Shown piece after piece: positions 52,958 through 62,634 of a stretch of 64,000 nucleotides of DNA (position 1 is the first letter of the stretch; each line of letters begins with the position of its first letter). The translations under genes were made by a program, and so were the position numbers. This stretch comes from Clostridia bacterium (lineage in GTDB: Bacteria; Bacillota; Clostridia; Oscillospirales; QAMX01). The notes below the pieces were generated by a model. The model was not told the origin of the DNA, ran no database searches, and saw nothing but the letters and a program-made list of their open reading frames with translations. Location: NCBI GenBank assembly GCA_017441705.1, contig JAFRWU010000009.1:2657-66656 (forward strand). The letters run 5' to 3'.

Positions 52958-55711
52958 ATGTCTTTGGATTACAACAAAACCCTGAACCTTCCCAAAACGG
53001 ATTTCCCCATGCGGGCCGGTCTTCCCCAGCGGGAGCCCATCGCCCTGGAAAACTGGAAGAAGAAGGATCTCTACGGCAATCTACAAAAGAAGAACGCGGG
53101 CAGGAAGCCGTATATCCTGCACGACGGTCCTCCCTTCTCCAACGGAGATATCCACATGGGCACCGCGATGAACAAGGTGCTGAAGGACTTTATCGTACGC
53201 TATAAGTCGATGAGCGGTTTTTCAGCCCCGTACGTTCCCGGATGGGACAACCACGGCATGCCCATTGAAAGCGCCATCATCAAAAAGAACAAGCTCGACC
53301 GGAAAAAGATGTCCATACCGGAATTCCGTTCTGCGTGTCAGAAGTTTGCATCCGATTTTGTGGACCGTCAGCGCAGCGAATTCATCCGGCTCGGCGTTCT
53401 CGGCGACTGGGAGCATCCCTACCTGACCATGGATCCCGCCTTTGAAGCCGAAGAGGTCAAAGTGTTCGGGACCATGTACGAAAAGGGGTATATCTATAAA
53501 GGCCTGAAACCCGTCTATTGGTGTCCGCACGATGAAACCGCCCTGGCGGAGGCTGAGATCGAATACAAGGACGATACGGTCACGTCGATCTACGTAAAAT
53601 TCCGCGTAACCGACGATAAAGGACTCCTCTCCCCCTTTGCAGATCCGGAAAAGACCTATTTCATCATCTGGACCACGACTACGTGGACCCTTCCCGGCAA
53701 TATGGCCATCGCCGTCAATCCGGCGGAGATCTACGCTCTTGTGAAGGCTTCCGACGGCGACTGCTACGTCCTCGCGGAGCCGCTTGTGGAAGCGACCATG
53801 AAGCAGGGCGGCGTGGAGTCCTACGAGATCCTTAAGGAATTCCGCGGAAGCGATCTGGAGCTGATGAAAGCCGCGCACCCCTTCCTTGATCGGGAGAGTC
53901 TGGTGGTACTCGCGGATTACGTCACCATGGATTCCGGTACCGGCTGCGTTCATACCGCTCCCGGCTTCGGCGCGGAAGACTACGTTACCGGCCGCAAATA
54001 CAAGATGGATCTGATCGTTCCCGTGGACGACCGCGGATATCAGACCGCCGACGCCGGCAAATTTGCCGGTATGTATTACGAAGAATCCAACGATGCCATC
54101 CTGAAGGATATGACCGAAAGCGGCGCTCTGTTCGCTTCCGAAAAAGTCCTTCACTCCTATCCCCACTGCTGGCGATGCAAGAACCCGATCATCTTCCGAG
54201 CCACTCCGCAATGGTTCTGTTCGGTGGACGCCTTTAAGGAAGAAGCCGCAGGCGCCTGCGAGGACGTGAACTGGATCCCCTCGTGGGGCAAGGACCGCAT
54301 TCAGAGCATGGTTCGCGAAAGAGCCGACTGGTGTATTTCCCGCCAGCGTCATTGGGGCCTTCCGATCCCGGTCTTTTATTGCGAAGACTGCGGCAAGCCG
54401 GTATGCAACAGCGCCTCTATCGACGCGGTTTCCCGCCTGTTCGGCGAAAAGGGCTCCAACGCCTGGTATGAGCTTCCCGCAGAAGAGATCCTTCCTTCCG
54501 GTTTTTCCTGCCCGCATTGCGGCGGCAGGCGTTTCCGCCAGGAAACCGATACGCTGGACGGTTGGTTCGATTCCGGTTCCACGCATATCGCCTCACTCAA
54601 AAAAGGCGACGAGTCCCACTGGCCGGCAGATCTTTATCTGGAGGGCGCCGATCAGTACCGCGGGTGGTTCCAGTCTTCTCTTCTCACTGCGGTAGCGACG
54701 CTCGGCAGAGCGCCGTACCGCGAAGTCCTGACCCATGGATGGGTCGTTGACGGCGAAGGAAAGGCTATGCACAAATCCCTCGGGAATTCCATCGCCCCCG
54801 AAGAGATCGTCAGGAAGTACGGCGCAGACGTGCTCCGCATGTGGGTCGCCTCCAGCGATTACAGGGTCGACGTCCGTGTTTCCGACGAGATCTTCAAGCA
54901 GCTTTCCCAGGCGTATCTCAAAATCCGCAACACGTGCCGGTTCCTTCTCGGAAATCTTGAGGGATTCGTACCCGATACCGATCTCCTTCCCTTCGAAGAA
55001 CTGGAAGAAATCGACCGCTGGATTCTGGGGCGTCTGAACGTTCTTGTGGAAAGATGCCTTGCGGGTTACGACGCTTACGAGTATCACGTGGTTTATCATG
55101 CGATCCGGAATTTCTGCGTGGTGGAGCTTTCCAACTTCTATCTCGACGTTATCAAGGATCGTCTCTATTGCGAAACCCGGGACGGCAGGCTTCGCCGCAG
55201 CGCGCAGACAGCCATGTACTGGATCCTGGACGGTATGGTTCGTCTTCTGACGCCGGTTCTGGCCTTCACCTCCGACGAGATCTGGACCTTTATGCCGCAT
55301 ACCTCCGACGTCAACGCCGAAGCCGCGGTCTATAACGACATGGCAAGAGTCAATCCGCTCTGGACCGACGAAGCGCTGGATCGGAAGTGGTCAAGACTCC
55401 TCGAGCTGCGCGACCGTGTCAAAAAGGCCATGGAGGACGCAAAGGTTCAGAAATCCCTCGAAGTCAAGATCCTTCTCAGAGCAGACGGAGAGGAATTCGA
55501 CTTTCTGGAAAGCGTCAGGAGCATTCTCCCCACCGTCTTCATCACCTCCGGCGTCGAGCTTGAAAAGGGAAATACCTTTACAGCGGAGATCCTGCCGGCC
55601 GACGGCAGCAAGTGTGAACGCTGCTGGAGCTTTACACCTGACGTCGGTTCCGATCCTGCATATCCTACGCTCTGCGCACGCTGCCGCGAGGCGATCAAAC
55701 CCTTCGTATAA
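52958..55711 (+). CDS. ileS: Isoleucine--tRNA ligase
   Basis: 917 aa. PPFSNGDIHMGTA is a HIGH-type motif and KAMHKSLGN is a KMSKS-type motif. An editing domain and C-terminal zinc cysteines (CERCW...CARC) are present. Confidence 0.96.
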   Translation: MSLDYNKTLNLPKTDFPMRAGLPQREPIALENWKKKDLYGNLQKKNAGRKPYILHDGPPFSNGDIHMGTAMNKVLKDFIVRYKSMSGFSAPYVPGWDNHGMPIESAIIKKNKLDRKKMSIPEFRSACQKFASDFVDRQRSEFIRLGVLGDWEHPYLTMDPAFEAEEVKVFGTMYEKGYIYKGLKPVYWCPHDETALAEAEIEYKDDTVTSIYVKFRVTDDKGLLSPFADPEKTYFIIWTTTTWTLPGNMAIAVNPAEIYALVKASDGDCYVLAEPLVEATMKQGGVESYEILKEFRGSDLELMKAAHPFLDRESLVVLADYVTMDSGTGCVHTAPGFGAEDYVTGRKYKMDLIVPVDDRGYQTADAGKFAGMYYEESNDAILKDMTESGALFASEKVLHSYPHCWRCKNPIIFRATPQWFCSVDAFKEEAAGACEDVNWIPSWGKDRIQSMVRERADWCISRQRHWGLPIPVFYCEDCGKPVCNSASIDAVSRLFGEKGSNAWYELPAEEILPSGFSCPHCGGRRFRQETDTLDGWFDSGSTHIASLKKGDESHWPADLYLEGADQYRGWFQSSLLTAVATLGRAPYREVLTHGWVVDGEGKAMHKSLGNSIAPEEIVRKYGADVLRMWVASSDYRVDVRVSDEIFKQLSQAYLKIRNTCRFLLGNLEGFVPDTDLLPFEELEEIDRWILGRLNVLVERCLAGYDAYEYHVVYHAIRNFCVVELSNFYLDVIKDRLYCETRDGRLRRSAQTAMYWILDGMVRLLTPVLAFTSDEIWTFMPHTSDVNAEAAVYNDMARVNPLWTDEALDRKWSRLLELRDRVKKAMEDAKVQKSLEVKILLRADGEEFDFLESVRSILPTVFITSGVELEKGNTFTAEILPADGSKCERCWSFTPDVGSDPAYPTLCARCREAIKPFV

Positions 55712-55724
55712 GAAAAACAAATTT

Positions 55725-55757
55725 CAAACGGCGCAGCCTCCCCGGTTGCGCCGTTTG
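55725..55757 (+). terminator. Terminator-like hairpin between ileS and lspA
   Basis: caaacggcgca (55725-55735) pairs with tgcgccgtttg (55747-55757). No clear U-tract follows, so it may be only partially active. Confidence 0.45.
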
Positions 55758-55782
55758 ATCGTTCAGAAATGAGAATCATCCC

Positions 55783-56346
55783 ATGAAATCACTCTTCAAA
55801 AAAGCTCCGAACGTCACGCGTCGGCTTCGTTTCCTGTTGCCGGCGCTGACTTTCCTTGCCGTTATCGTTCTGGACCGTCTTTCAAAAGAGGCGGCTCTTG
55901 CTTCTCTGCGCGGCGAGGGGCGGGTCGTCCTGCTTCCCGGAATTCTGGGCCTTTTCTATACCGAAAACACCGGTATGGCTTTCGGACTGTTCTCCGGTTT
56001 GCCGTGGCTCCTCTTTGCTCTCCGCATCGCGGGCCTTATTTTCCTTGCGGTCTATCTTTTTTCCGGCAACATGCAGAAGCCCCTCGGCTATCTCGGGCTT
56101 TCGATGGCGATCGCAGGCGGGATTTCAAACGTACTGGACATCCTGATCTACGGATACGTCGTGGATATGATCGAATTCCTTTTCGTAAGATTCGCCATTT
56201 TCAACGTCGCGGACAGCTTTATCACGGTCGGCGCGGTCCTGATCGGCGTTTATTTTGTCTTCCAGCATAAGTTTTCCTCCAAAACCGGCGAGGCTGTGAA
56301 AGAAAGCAAGGAAACGCATGACGACGAAAAGACTGACGGCGAATGA
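55783..56346 (+). CDS. lspA: Signal peptidase II (lipoprotein signal peptidase)
   Basis: 187 aa with four transmembrane segments. DRLSKE, YTENTGMAFG and FNVADSFITVG are present. Confidence 0.9.
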   Translation: MKSLFKKAPNVTRRLRFLLPALTFLAVIVLDRLSKEAALASLRGEGRVVLLPGILGLFYTENTGMAFGLFSGLPWLLFALRIAGLIFLAVYLFSGNMQKPLGYLGLSMAIAGGISNVLDILIYGYVVDMIEFLFVRFAIFNVADSFITVGAVLIGVYFVFQHKFSSKTGEAVKESKETHDDEKTDGE

Positions 56347-57247
56347 AGAATCGGTCGGCCGGAGGGCCGACGTATGGCTTGCGGAAGCTCTGGAGTTGAC
56401 GCGAAGCGCAGCCGCAGGACTTCTTGACGACGGCTGCGTTCTTCTTGACGGAAGACCGGTCAAAAAGAACGACCGGATCAAAGAAGAAGAGTATGAGGTC
56501 ATGCTTCCCGATCCCAAACCGCCGGAAGCGAAACCGGAAGCTATCCCGCTCGATATCGTATACGAAGACAGGGATCTCCTGGTGGTAAACAAGCCCCGAG
56601 GCATGGTGGTGCATCCCGCCGCCGGGAATGAGAGCGGCACGCTCGTCAACGCGCTTCTATACCGCTGCGGCGATTCTCTTTCCGGGATCAACGGCGTTCT
56701 GCGTCCCGGTATCGTCCATCGCATAGACAAAGACACCAGCGGCCTTTTGATCGTCGCCAAATCCGATCGCGCGCACGTCGGGCTTGCTGAACAGATCAAG
56801 ACCCATTCTTTTCTCCGTTCATACGAGTGTCTGGCATACGGCAGGTTTCGTGAGGAGAGCGGGACTTTCACGGATCCTGTCGGTCGTCATCCCACTGACC
56901 GGAAAAAAATGGCGGTCGTACCGGACGGACGAAACGCGGTGACGCATTACCGGGTCATAAGAGCCTTTGAGAAAACGCCCGTTTCGCATCTTCGCCTTGA
57001 TCTTGAAACCGGACGCACACACCAGATCCGTGTGCACCTTTCCCATTCCGGGCATCCCGTTCTCGGAGATCCCGTTTACGGATCCCGCGCTTCGGAGAAG
57101 CTTTTTCCCGAGCTCAACGGACAATGCCTCCATGCAAAGTTCATTTCCTTTGTGCACCCCGTCACGGGCGAAACGCTATCCTTCGAATCGGAGCTCCCTC
57201 TCTATTTTACAGACGTGCTGAATCGTCTTATCCTTGCTGACCGCTGA
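56318..57247 (+). CDS. rluD: RluA-family 23S rRNA pseudouridine synthase (RluD-like)
   Basis: An S4-like N-terminus is present, with the catalytic motif HRIDKDTSGLL and the motif GRTHQIRVH. It overlaps the lspA 3' end by 29 nt. Confidence 0.9.
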   Translation: MTTKRLTANEESVGRRADVWLAEALELTRSAAAGLLDDGCVLLDGRPVKKNDRIKEEEYEVMLPDPKPPEAKPEAIPLDIVYEDRDLLVVNKPRGMVVHPAAGNESGTLVNALLYRCGDSLSGINGVLRPGIVHRIDKDTSGLLIVAKSDRAHVGLAEQIKTHSFLRSYECLAYGRFREESGTFTDPVGRHPTDRKKMAVVPDGRNAVTHYRVIRAFEKTPVSHLRLDLETGRTHQIRVHLSHSGHPVLGDPVYGSRASEKLFPELNGQCLHAKFISFVHPVTGETLSFESELPLYFTDVLNRLILADR

Positions 57248-57254
57248 AAGAGAA

Positions 57255-57291
57255 AACGCCGTGCGGATCCCGTCTGGATCCGCACGGCGTT
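57255..57291. terminator. Bidirectional terminator hairpin, perfect 16-bp stem
   Basis: aacgccgtgcggatcc (57255-57270) pairs with ggatccgcacggcgtt (57276-57291) around a 5-nt loop, between convergent genes. Confidence 0.8.
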
Positions 57292-57317
57292 CGTTGTTCC
57301 CGGATACTGTCCGGCTT

Positions 57318-58226
57318 TTACTCGGCACTCTCGAAGCGGTAGCTTCTGCTCCAGGTCATTTCTTCTCCGGCGTCCAGATCGATCGCCAGGAAAGCCTCGG
57401 GCGATATCACGTATTTCGTGCCCCAGCAAGCCATGTAAGGAGCCTGGAAGGAGTCGGTTTCACTGACAGAGCAGCCGGAATTGGACTCGGTGATCTTCCA
57501 GTGCGCGCCGCCGCAGTCCTTTACGTCAAAGCCTTTGGTGTAAAATGCGCGTCCTTCAAAGGTCTTGCGGAAGGTGATGACGTTGTTTTCAAACACCATA
57601 TCCTGCTGGCGCGCCTGCATCATACGGAACATCTTTTCATCAGGCGAGAAAGCCACCTCCGCGCGGTAGTTCGGGCCGACGTACTGCCCGTCTATGCAGA
57701 CGAAATTGTGGATATACTCTTCGGTGACGATCTTCTTGGAACCCGTGTTGATCAGTTTATAATCCACCGTCATATTGTTGTCTTCGATCGAGACCCTTTT
57801 CAGAAGCTCGCATTTGTATCCGTTGATTTCCGGATTGATCGAATGGAACTCCGCGAAATCCTCCCCGTAACGATAGGAGATATCCGCATGCTCGCTGATT
57901 TTCATGGCAAGCATATGCGTCGCGCCCATGGGCACGTCTTCTTTGATGACGGTGCCGATGCCGATCTTCATATACCCTTCGCCGACGGCGGTCTCTTCGT
58001 AGCCGACGGGAGTATTCAGGCCGAAATCGTTGCAGAATCCGATACCGCCCGAGCCGATCCCCGGAACAACATCCTCATACGCGCAGAAAGTATGCCTCTT
58101 GTCGAGATAAACCTGGGTGATAAACCCGGTCCAGTCAAACCGCGAGCCCGCGTATACCGTGCCCGGCTTCGCGATTTCCACCTTCAGGCGGTTGTTTTTC
58201 AAACCGATGTAAGCTTCCGTAACCAT
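57318..58226 (-). CDS. Hypothetical 302-aa protein, possibly galactose-mutarotase-like
   Basis: Trimmed to ATG 58226 (MVTEAYIGLKNN) behind GAAAGGAAA, 25 nt downstream of the GH32 gene. It looks beta-rich, and the segment NTGSKKIVTEEYIHNF is reminiscent of aldose-epimerase-fold proteins. The function call is weak. Confidence 0.4.
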   Translation of the reverse strand: MVTEAYIGLKNNRLKVEIAKPGTVYAGSRFDWTGFITQVYLDKRHTFCAYEDVVPGIGSGGIGFCNDFGLNTPVGYEETAVGEGYMKIGIGTVIKEDVPMGATHMLAMKISEHADISYRYGEDFAEFHSINPEINGYKCELLKRVSIEDNNMTVDYKLINTGSKKIVTEEYIHNFVCIDGQYVGPNYRAEVAFSPDEKMFRMMQARQQDMVFENNVITFRKTFEGRAFYTKGFDVKDCGGAHWKITESNSGCSVSETDSFQAPYMACWGTKYVISPEAFLAIDLDAGEEMTWSRSYRFESAE

Positions 58227-58251
58227 TTTCTGTATTTCCTTTCTTTTGTGA

Positions 58252-59661
58252 TCAGATTTGAATGGAATATGCTTCGGCTCCTTCCGGGAGTTCTTTGAGA
58301 TCGATCCCGGCTTCCCACAGGCCGAACGTCGTACCTCCGTCTGCCAGGAATTCCAGCGAATGCCTGTCGGCGATAAAGAGGATCTCTCCGCTTCCCGCTT
58401 CGGCAGGCTTTCCGTCAAGCGCAATCCCGTTTTCGGTCCTCGTCAGGAGATGAGCACCGAGCCTTACGGGGTCGTTCAGCGCAGTCCTGAAAACGAAAGG
58501 CAGATCGTCGCCCGCGTTTTTCGCAGCGAGGCGTTCTGTGATTTCGGAAGGAAGAGACGCGCGAAGTTTACATTCGCCGTCGGCCCGGATCAGCGAAAGT
58601 GAAAGCGGAATGGAATGCTGACTGGTATAAGGAAGGCCCTTCATCTCCGTTTTTTCCCAGAAGATCAGGAGTCTTCGGCCTTTCGGATCTCCGGATACCG
58701 TCTGCGCGGCGTATGCCGCCGTTTCCGCATTCCTTTTGGTCAGTTCCCTTCTCCGGTTTTCAAAGGTGAAGCGTCTTCCGTCAAAATCGCCGATCAGGTA
58801 TTTGCCTCCCGCCTCCCAGAAGACCCATTTCTCCTCCCCCTCCGGCGTTTGAAGCGGGAAAAAGTCCGGGCACTCGTTGGCTTCCGGGAAAGAAAAACGC
58901 TGGATCATCTGCCATGACAGAAGATTGTCGGAGGAAAACAGCGCAAATTCGTCTCCTTCAAGATAGAGAGCGAGGATCCATCGCTTCGTATCCGGATGAC
59001 GGATCACCTTGGGATCCCGGTTCGTACGGCATATCGTGGGGATCACCGGATTCCCCGCATATTTTTCATAATGCTCGCCGTCCGAAGACCAGGCAAGATT
59101 CTGCGTAAAGCCGTTTGTTTCGTCGGCTTCGGTGTAAATCAGGATATGCGCGCCGCATCCGAAGCCCGCGGTATTGTCTTCATCGACCACGGCGGAACCG
59201 GAAAACTCCGTTGAATCGATCCTTTCGGGATAAAGCGCTTCTCCCTTCCAGGTCCAGGTCAGAAGATTTTCGCTTTCGGCATATCCCCAGTGCATATTCC
59301 CCCACACGTCTCCGAAGGGATTGTGCTGACAGAAAAGGCGATACTTCCCGCGGTAAAAGGAAAGACCGTTGGGATCGTTGATCCATCCCCATGGCGCCGT
59401 AAAGTGGACGCGAGGTCTGTCACCGTTGTCGACAGAAGCTTCGCCGGACAGCGACGGCGGTGCGATTTTCCTGCCGTTATAGAAAAACGAAAGATCCTGC
59501 CCGAGAAAGCTGCGGAGATCGGCGTAGACAAGGTATTCCGGATCATCCGGAGCGTAGGAAATGTGAAAAGCGTATACCTCCTTTTCGCCATTTTTCAGGA
59601 CCATAACGCCGGGCGATCTTCGATTTACGGGAAGAATGGCAAAGCGCGAGGTGATTTTCAT
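58252..59661 (-). CDS. Glycoside hydrolase family 32 (beta-fructofuranosidase / sucrose-6-phosphate hydrolase-like)
   Basis: All three GH32 catalytic signatures are present: WINDPNG, RDPKV and ECPDFF. FSGSAV is also present. About 90 aa precede the WINDPNG motif. Confidence 0.9.
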   Translation of the reverse strand: MKITSRFAILPVNRRSPGVMVLKNGEKEVYAFHISYAPDDPEYLVYADLRSFLGQDLSFFYNGRKIAPPSLSGEASVDNGDRPRVHFTAPWGWINDPNGLSFYRGKYRLFCQHNPFGDVWGNMHWGYAESENLLTWTWKGEALYPERIDSTEFSGSAVVDEDNTAGFGCGAHILIYTEADETNGFTQNLAWSSDGEHYEKYAGNPVIPTICRTNRDPKVIRHPDTKRWILALYLEGDEFALFSSDNLLSWQMIQRFSFPEANECPDFFPLQTPEGEEKWVFWEAGGKYLIGDFDGRRFTFENRRRELTKRNAETAAYAAQTVSGDPKGRRLLIFWEKTEMKGLPYTSQHSIPLSLSLIRADGECKLRASLPSEITERLAAKNAGDDLPFVFRTALNDPVRLGAHLLTRTENGIALDGKPAEAGSGEILFIADRHSLEFLADGGTTFGLWEAGIDLKELPEGAEAYSIQI

Positions 59662-59684
59662 CCTTTCACATCCTTTCCTGTATC

Positions 59685-59713
59685 ATTATAGCAAAGGCGG
59701 AAAAGAATTACAA
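59685..59713 (-). promoter_or_regulatory. Promoter, TTGTAA-17 nt-TATAAT (for the GH32 operon)
   Basis: Minus strand: TTGTAA is the complement of 59708-59713 and TATAAT is the complement of 59685-59690. Confidence 0.6.
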
Positions 59714-59818
59714 GCGAATTGGTTCGACTGCTCTTTATTTTTTCTCGTTTTCATGGTATCATAAGGACAGGCGTCAGAAAGAAAGCTCTGCCCCGCAGAG
59801 CGGGAAAGGAGGAAGACG

Positions 59819-60661
59819 ATGAAAAGCTTTTTCCGCCGCGTCCGGGCGATCCTGAAGATCTTTCTGGAAGCGAGCATCGACGCAACTGTGATCCGGTCCA
59901 GCGCCGCAGCAAGCTTTTACGCGCTTTTCTCGATCTTCCCTCTTCTGATCTTTTTGAGCGCGCTGAGTAATTTTTTCGGATCCTCGGAAGCCCTTATCAC
60001 AAGGATGAATCAGTTTCTTCCGCCGCAGATCCGCGACGGGATCATCGCCTATTTCCGATACGCTTCTTCCAATAACAGCACCGGTTTCCTGATCCTCGGA
60101 GCCGTTTTTTCGGTTTGGTTCCTGTACAGGCTCGTAGATTATCTGAATTACACGCTCTCGGTGATCTATACGCCGGATTTCCCCGCTCCGTTTTTGAAAA
60201 GGCTCCCGCGCGCCGTTATTACGACGCTGATCGTTCTGATCTCGATCCCAATCTTATTCTTGACAATCGTATTCGGAAAGAATATACTGATATCGTTGCA
60301 GGGTATGTTCAGCTTTCCGACTTTTCTGATCTGGCTCTGGAGATTCATCCGGTTTCCGATCGTTGCGTTCGTCATGTACGGTCTTCTTGCGGTAGCCTAC
60401 CGTTTTTCGACCTACCACGTCTTCTCAGCGCGCGACGTTTCGCCCGGCGCGGCGATCTCCTTTGTCACATGGCTTACGGTGACGGTCCTGTTCGCAGGCT
60501 ATCTCGATAAGGTCGGTGATTACGGACTTCTCTACGGGGCTCTCGGCACGGTGATCGCCCTGCTGATCTGGCTCTATATGTCCTCCTACTCGTTCCTTTT
60601 CGGAGCGGTTTTCAACATCAAATACAAGAAATACAAAGATAGAGAGGTAACTGAATCATGA
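59819..60661 (+). CDS. YihY/BrkB family membrane protein
   Basis: ATG follows AAAGGAGGA. 280 aa with about 6 transmembrane segments and the N-terminus AASFYALFSIFPLLIFL. The stop overlaps the next start (ATGA). Confidence 0.8.
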   Translation: MKSFFRRVRAILKIFLEASIDATVIRSSAAASFYALFSIFPLLIFLSALSNFFGSSEALITRMNQFLPPQIRDGIIAYFRYASSNNSTGFLILGAVFSVWFLYRLVDYLNYTLSVIYTPDFPAPFLKRLPRAVITTLIVLISIPILFLTIVFGKNILISLQGMFSFPTFLIWLWRFIRFPIVAFVMYGLLAVAYRFSTYHVFSARDVSPGAAISFVTWLTVTVLFAGYLDKVGDYGLLYGALGTVIALLIWLYMSSYSFLFGAVFNIKYKKYKDREVTES

Positions 60662-62595
60662 GCAAAAAGGCAATCGTCACCGGCGGAAGCCGTGGGATCG
60701 GACGCGGCATCGCGTTCAAGCTGGCGGAAGCCGGCTACGACGTCGCGATCTCCTATGCCACCGCTTCGGCTTCCGCAGACGCCGTGAAGGAGAAAATCGA
60801 AAAGGAATACGGGCAAAGATGCTTTGTATATCAGGTCGATCTCACCGATCCGGACAATGCGCAGCCCTTTATCAGAAGAGCGATCCGCGATCTGGGCGGG
60901 CTGGATCTTCTGGTCAACAACGCCGGGCTTACCATTGAAGGAAGCATCGCCGATATGCCGGTGGACAAGGTTGACAAGCTGATCAATCTTGATTTCAAGG
61001 CGTATATTCACAATATGCAGGCTGCCTCGCGCTACATGGTCAGCCGCGGGATCAAGGGATCCATCATCAATATCACCTCCTCCCGCGGCGAGCGGGCATA
61101 TCCCGGAGACACGGTATACGGCGCCGTCAAAGCCGCGCTGAACCGTGCGATCCAGTCCATTGCTCTGGATCTCGCACCCTACGGCGTCCGCGTCAACAAC
61201 GTCGCTCCCGGCGCGACACAGGTCAGAAGCAAAGAAGAGATGAAGGCCGCCATAAAGGAATGGGCGGACCTCGGCATCGACGTCAGTGAAATGGGCGACG
61301 ATCCCTTCGGCGAGCTCGGAGAACGCATTCCCCTCGGCCGTATCGGAACGCCCGAGGATATCGGCAACGCGATCGTCTTTCTTGCTTCCGAAAAGGCCTC
61401 CTACATCACCGGCATCACTCTGCGCGTAGACGGCGGACTGATCCTCTCCGGCGAGCCCGAAAGAGCTCCCTGGCCGCGCTACGAAACGACCTATGACATG
61501 AATTGGGGCCACATGCCTCCGCGCGACGCCGATCTGCGCAGCACCTATCTGTACGTCGGCAGCTACACCTTCCCGAACAAGCAGGGCGAAAAGGCCGAAG
61601 GGATCTACGTTTACGATTTCGACCGGAATTCCGGACGGATCGAACTGCTCCAGACCGTTTCCGACACGCCGAATCCCTCCTACCTCACGATCTCCGAAGA
61701 TAAAATGCATCTTTACGCCGTCAGCGAAGGCCGCGAATCTTCGGTTTCTTCCTACCGGATCGACCCCGAGACCGGAAAGCTGACCTTTGAAAACAAGGTC
61801 GGTACCGCAGGCACCGCCATGTGTCACGTGGTTCCCTCCCGGGATTCCAACGCCGTATATACTTCCATGTACGGCTCCGGACATATCGTCGCCGTATCGG
61901 TCAACGAAGACGGCACTCTCGGGAAAGTACTTACCACCATCGCTCACGAGGGCAAGGGCACCGATCCCAGGCGCCAGGAGGCTCAGCACGCCCACTCCGT
62001 CACGGTTTCACCCGACGGGAAATATGCCTTCGCCTGTGATCTCGGCATGGACAAGATCATGATCTACAAGATCCTGGAGGACGGTTCCCTGATCCCGAAC
62101 GACGTTCCCTACACCGAAATCGGCGGAGGCGAAGGCCCGCGTCACATGGAATTTCATCCGAACGGAAACTGGCTCTACCTGGTCACCGAGATGGGCGCAA
62201 AGGTCATTTTCCTCACGTACGACCCTGAAACCGGCAGCCTGAGCGAAAAGCAGCGGATAGCCACTCTTCCCGAAGGCTATGACAAGCCCAATACGGCGGC
62301 TGATATCCATTTGACCAAAGACGGCTCCATGCTCTACATGTCCAACCGCGGCAAGGACGAACTGGTCGCTTTCAAAGTCGGTGAAGACGGCATGCTCGAA
62401 AAGCTCGTATCCTTCCCCTCTGTGGGCGGATTCCCGCGCTCCTTCGCTCTGTCTCCTGACGATCGCTTCATCGCAGTCGCCAATCAGAACGGTACGCTGA
62501 ACATCCTCAGCAGAGATCCCGTTACCGGCGTCGGCAAGGCTCTGTTCGAGGAAAAAATCCCCGCGTGCGTCTGCGTCAAGTTTTTCAGAGCCTGA
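60658..62595 (+). CDS. Fusion protein: N-terminal short-chain dehydrogenase/reductase (SDR) plus C-terminal 7-bladed beta-propeller lactonase (COG2706/YbhE-like)
   Basis: Residues 1 to about 265 carry TGGSRGIG, NNAG, SSRGE and YGAVK. Residues from about 295 to 645 carry YLYVGSY...NPSYL...LYAVSE...GEGPRHMEFHP...LYMSNRG, typical of the lactonase propeller. It is a single uninterrupted ORF. Confidence 0.85.
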   Translation: MSKKAIVTGGSRGIGRGIAFKLAEAGYDVAISYATASASADAVKEKIEKEYGQRCFVYQVDLTDPDNAQPFIRRAIRDLGGLDLLVNNAGLTIEGSIADMPVDKVDKLINLDFKAYIHNMQAASRYMVSRGIKGSIINITSSRGERAYPGDTVYGAVKAALNRAIQSIALDLAPYGVRVNNVAPGATQVRSKEEMKAAIKEWADLGIDVSEMGDDPFGELGERIPLGRIGTPEDIGNAIVFLASEKASYITGITLRVDGGLILSGEPERAPWPRYETTYDMNWGHMPPRDADLRSTYLYVGSYTFPNKQGEKAEGIYVYDFDRNSGRIELLQTVSDTPNPSYLTISEDKMHLYAVSEGRESSVSSYRIDPETGKLTFENKVGTAGTAMCHVVPSRDSNAVYTSMYGSGHIVAVSVNEDGTLGKVLTTIAHEGKGTDPRRQEAQHAHSVTVSPDGKYAFACDLGMDKIMIYKILEDGSLIPNDVPYTEIGGGEGPRHMEFHPNGNWLYLVTEMGAKVIFLTYDPETGSLSEKQRIATLPEGYDKPNTAADIHLTKDGSMLYMSNRGKDELVAFKVGEDGMLEKLVSFPSVGGFPRSFALSPDDRFIAVANQNGTLNILSRDPVTGVGKALFEEKIPACVCVKFFRA

Positions 62596-62634
62596 CCGCA
62601 GCCTGAACAATCAAGAAGGGAGAATAACTCAACG

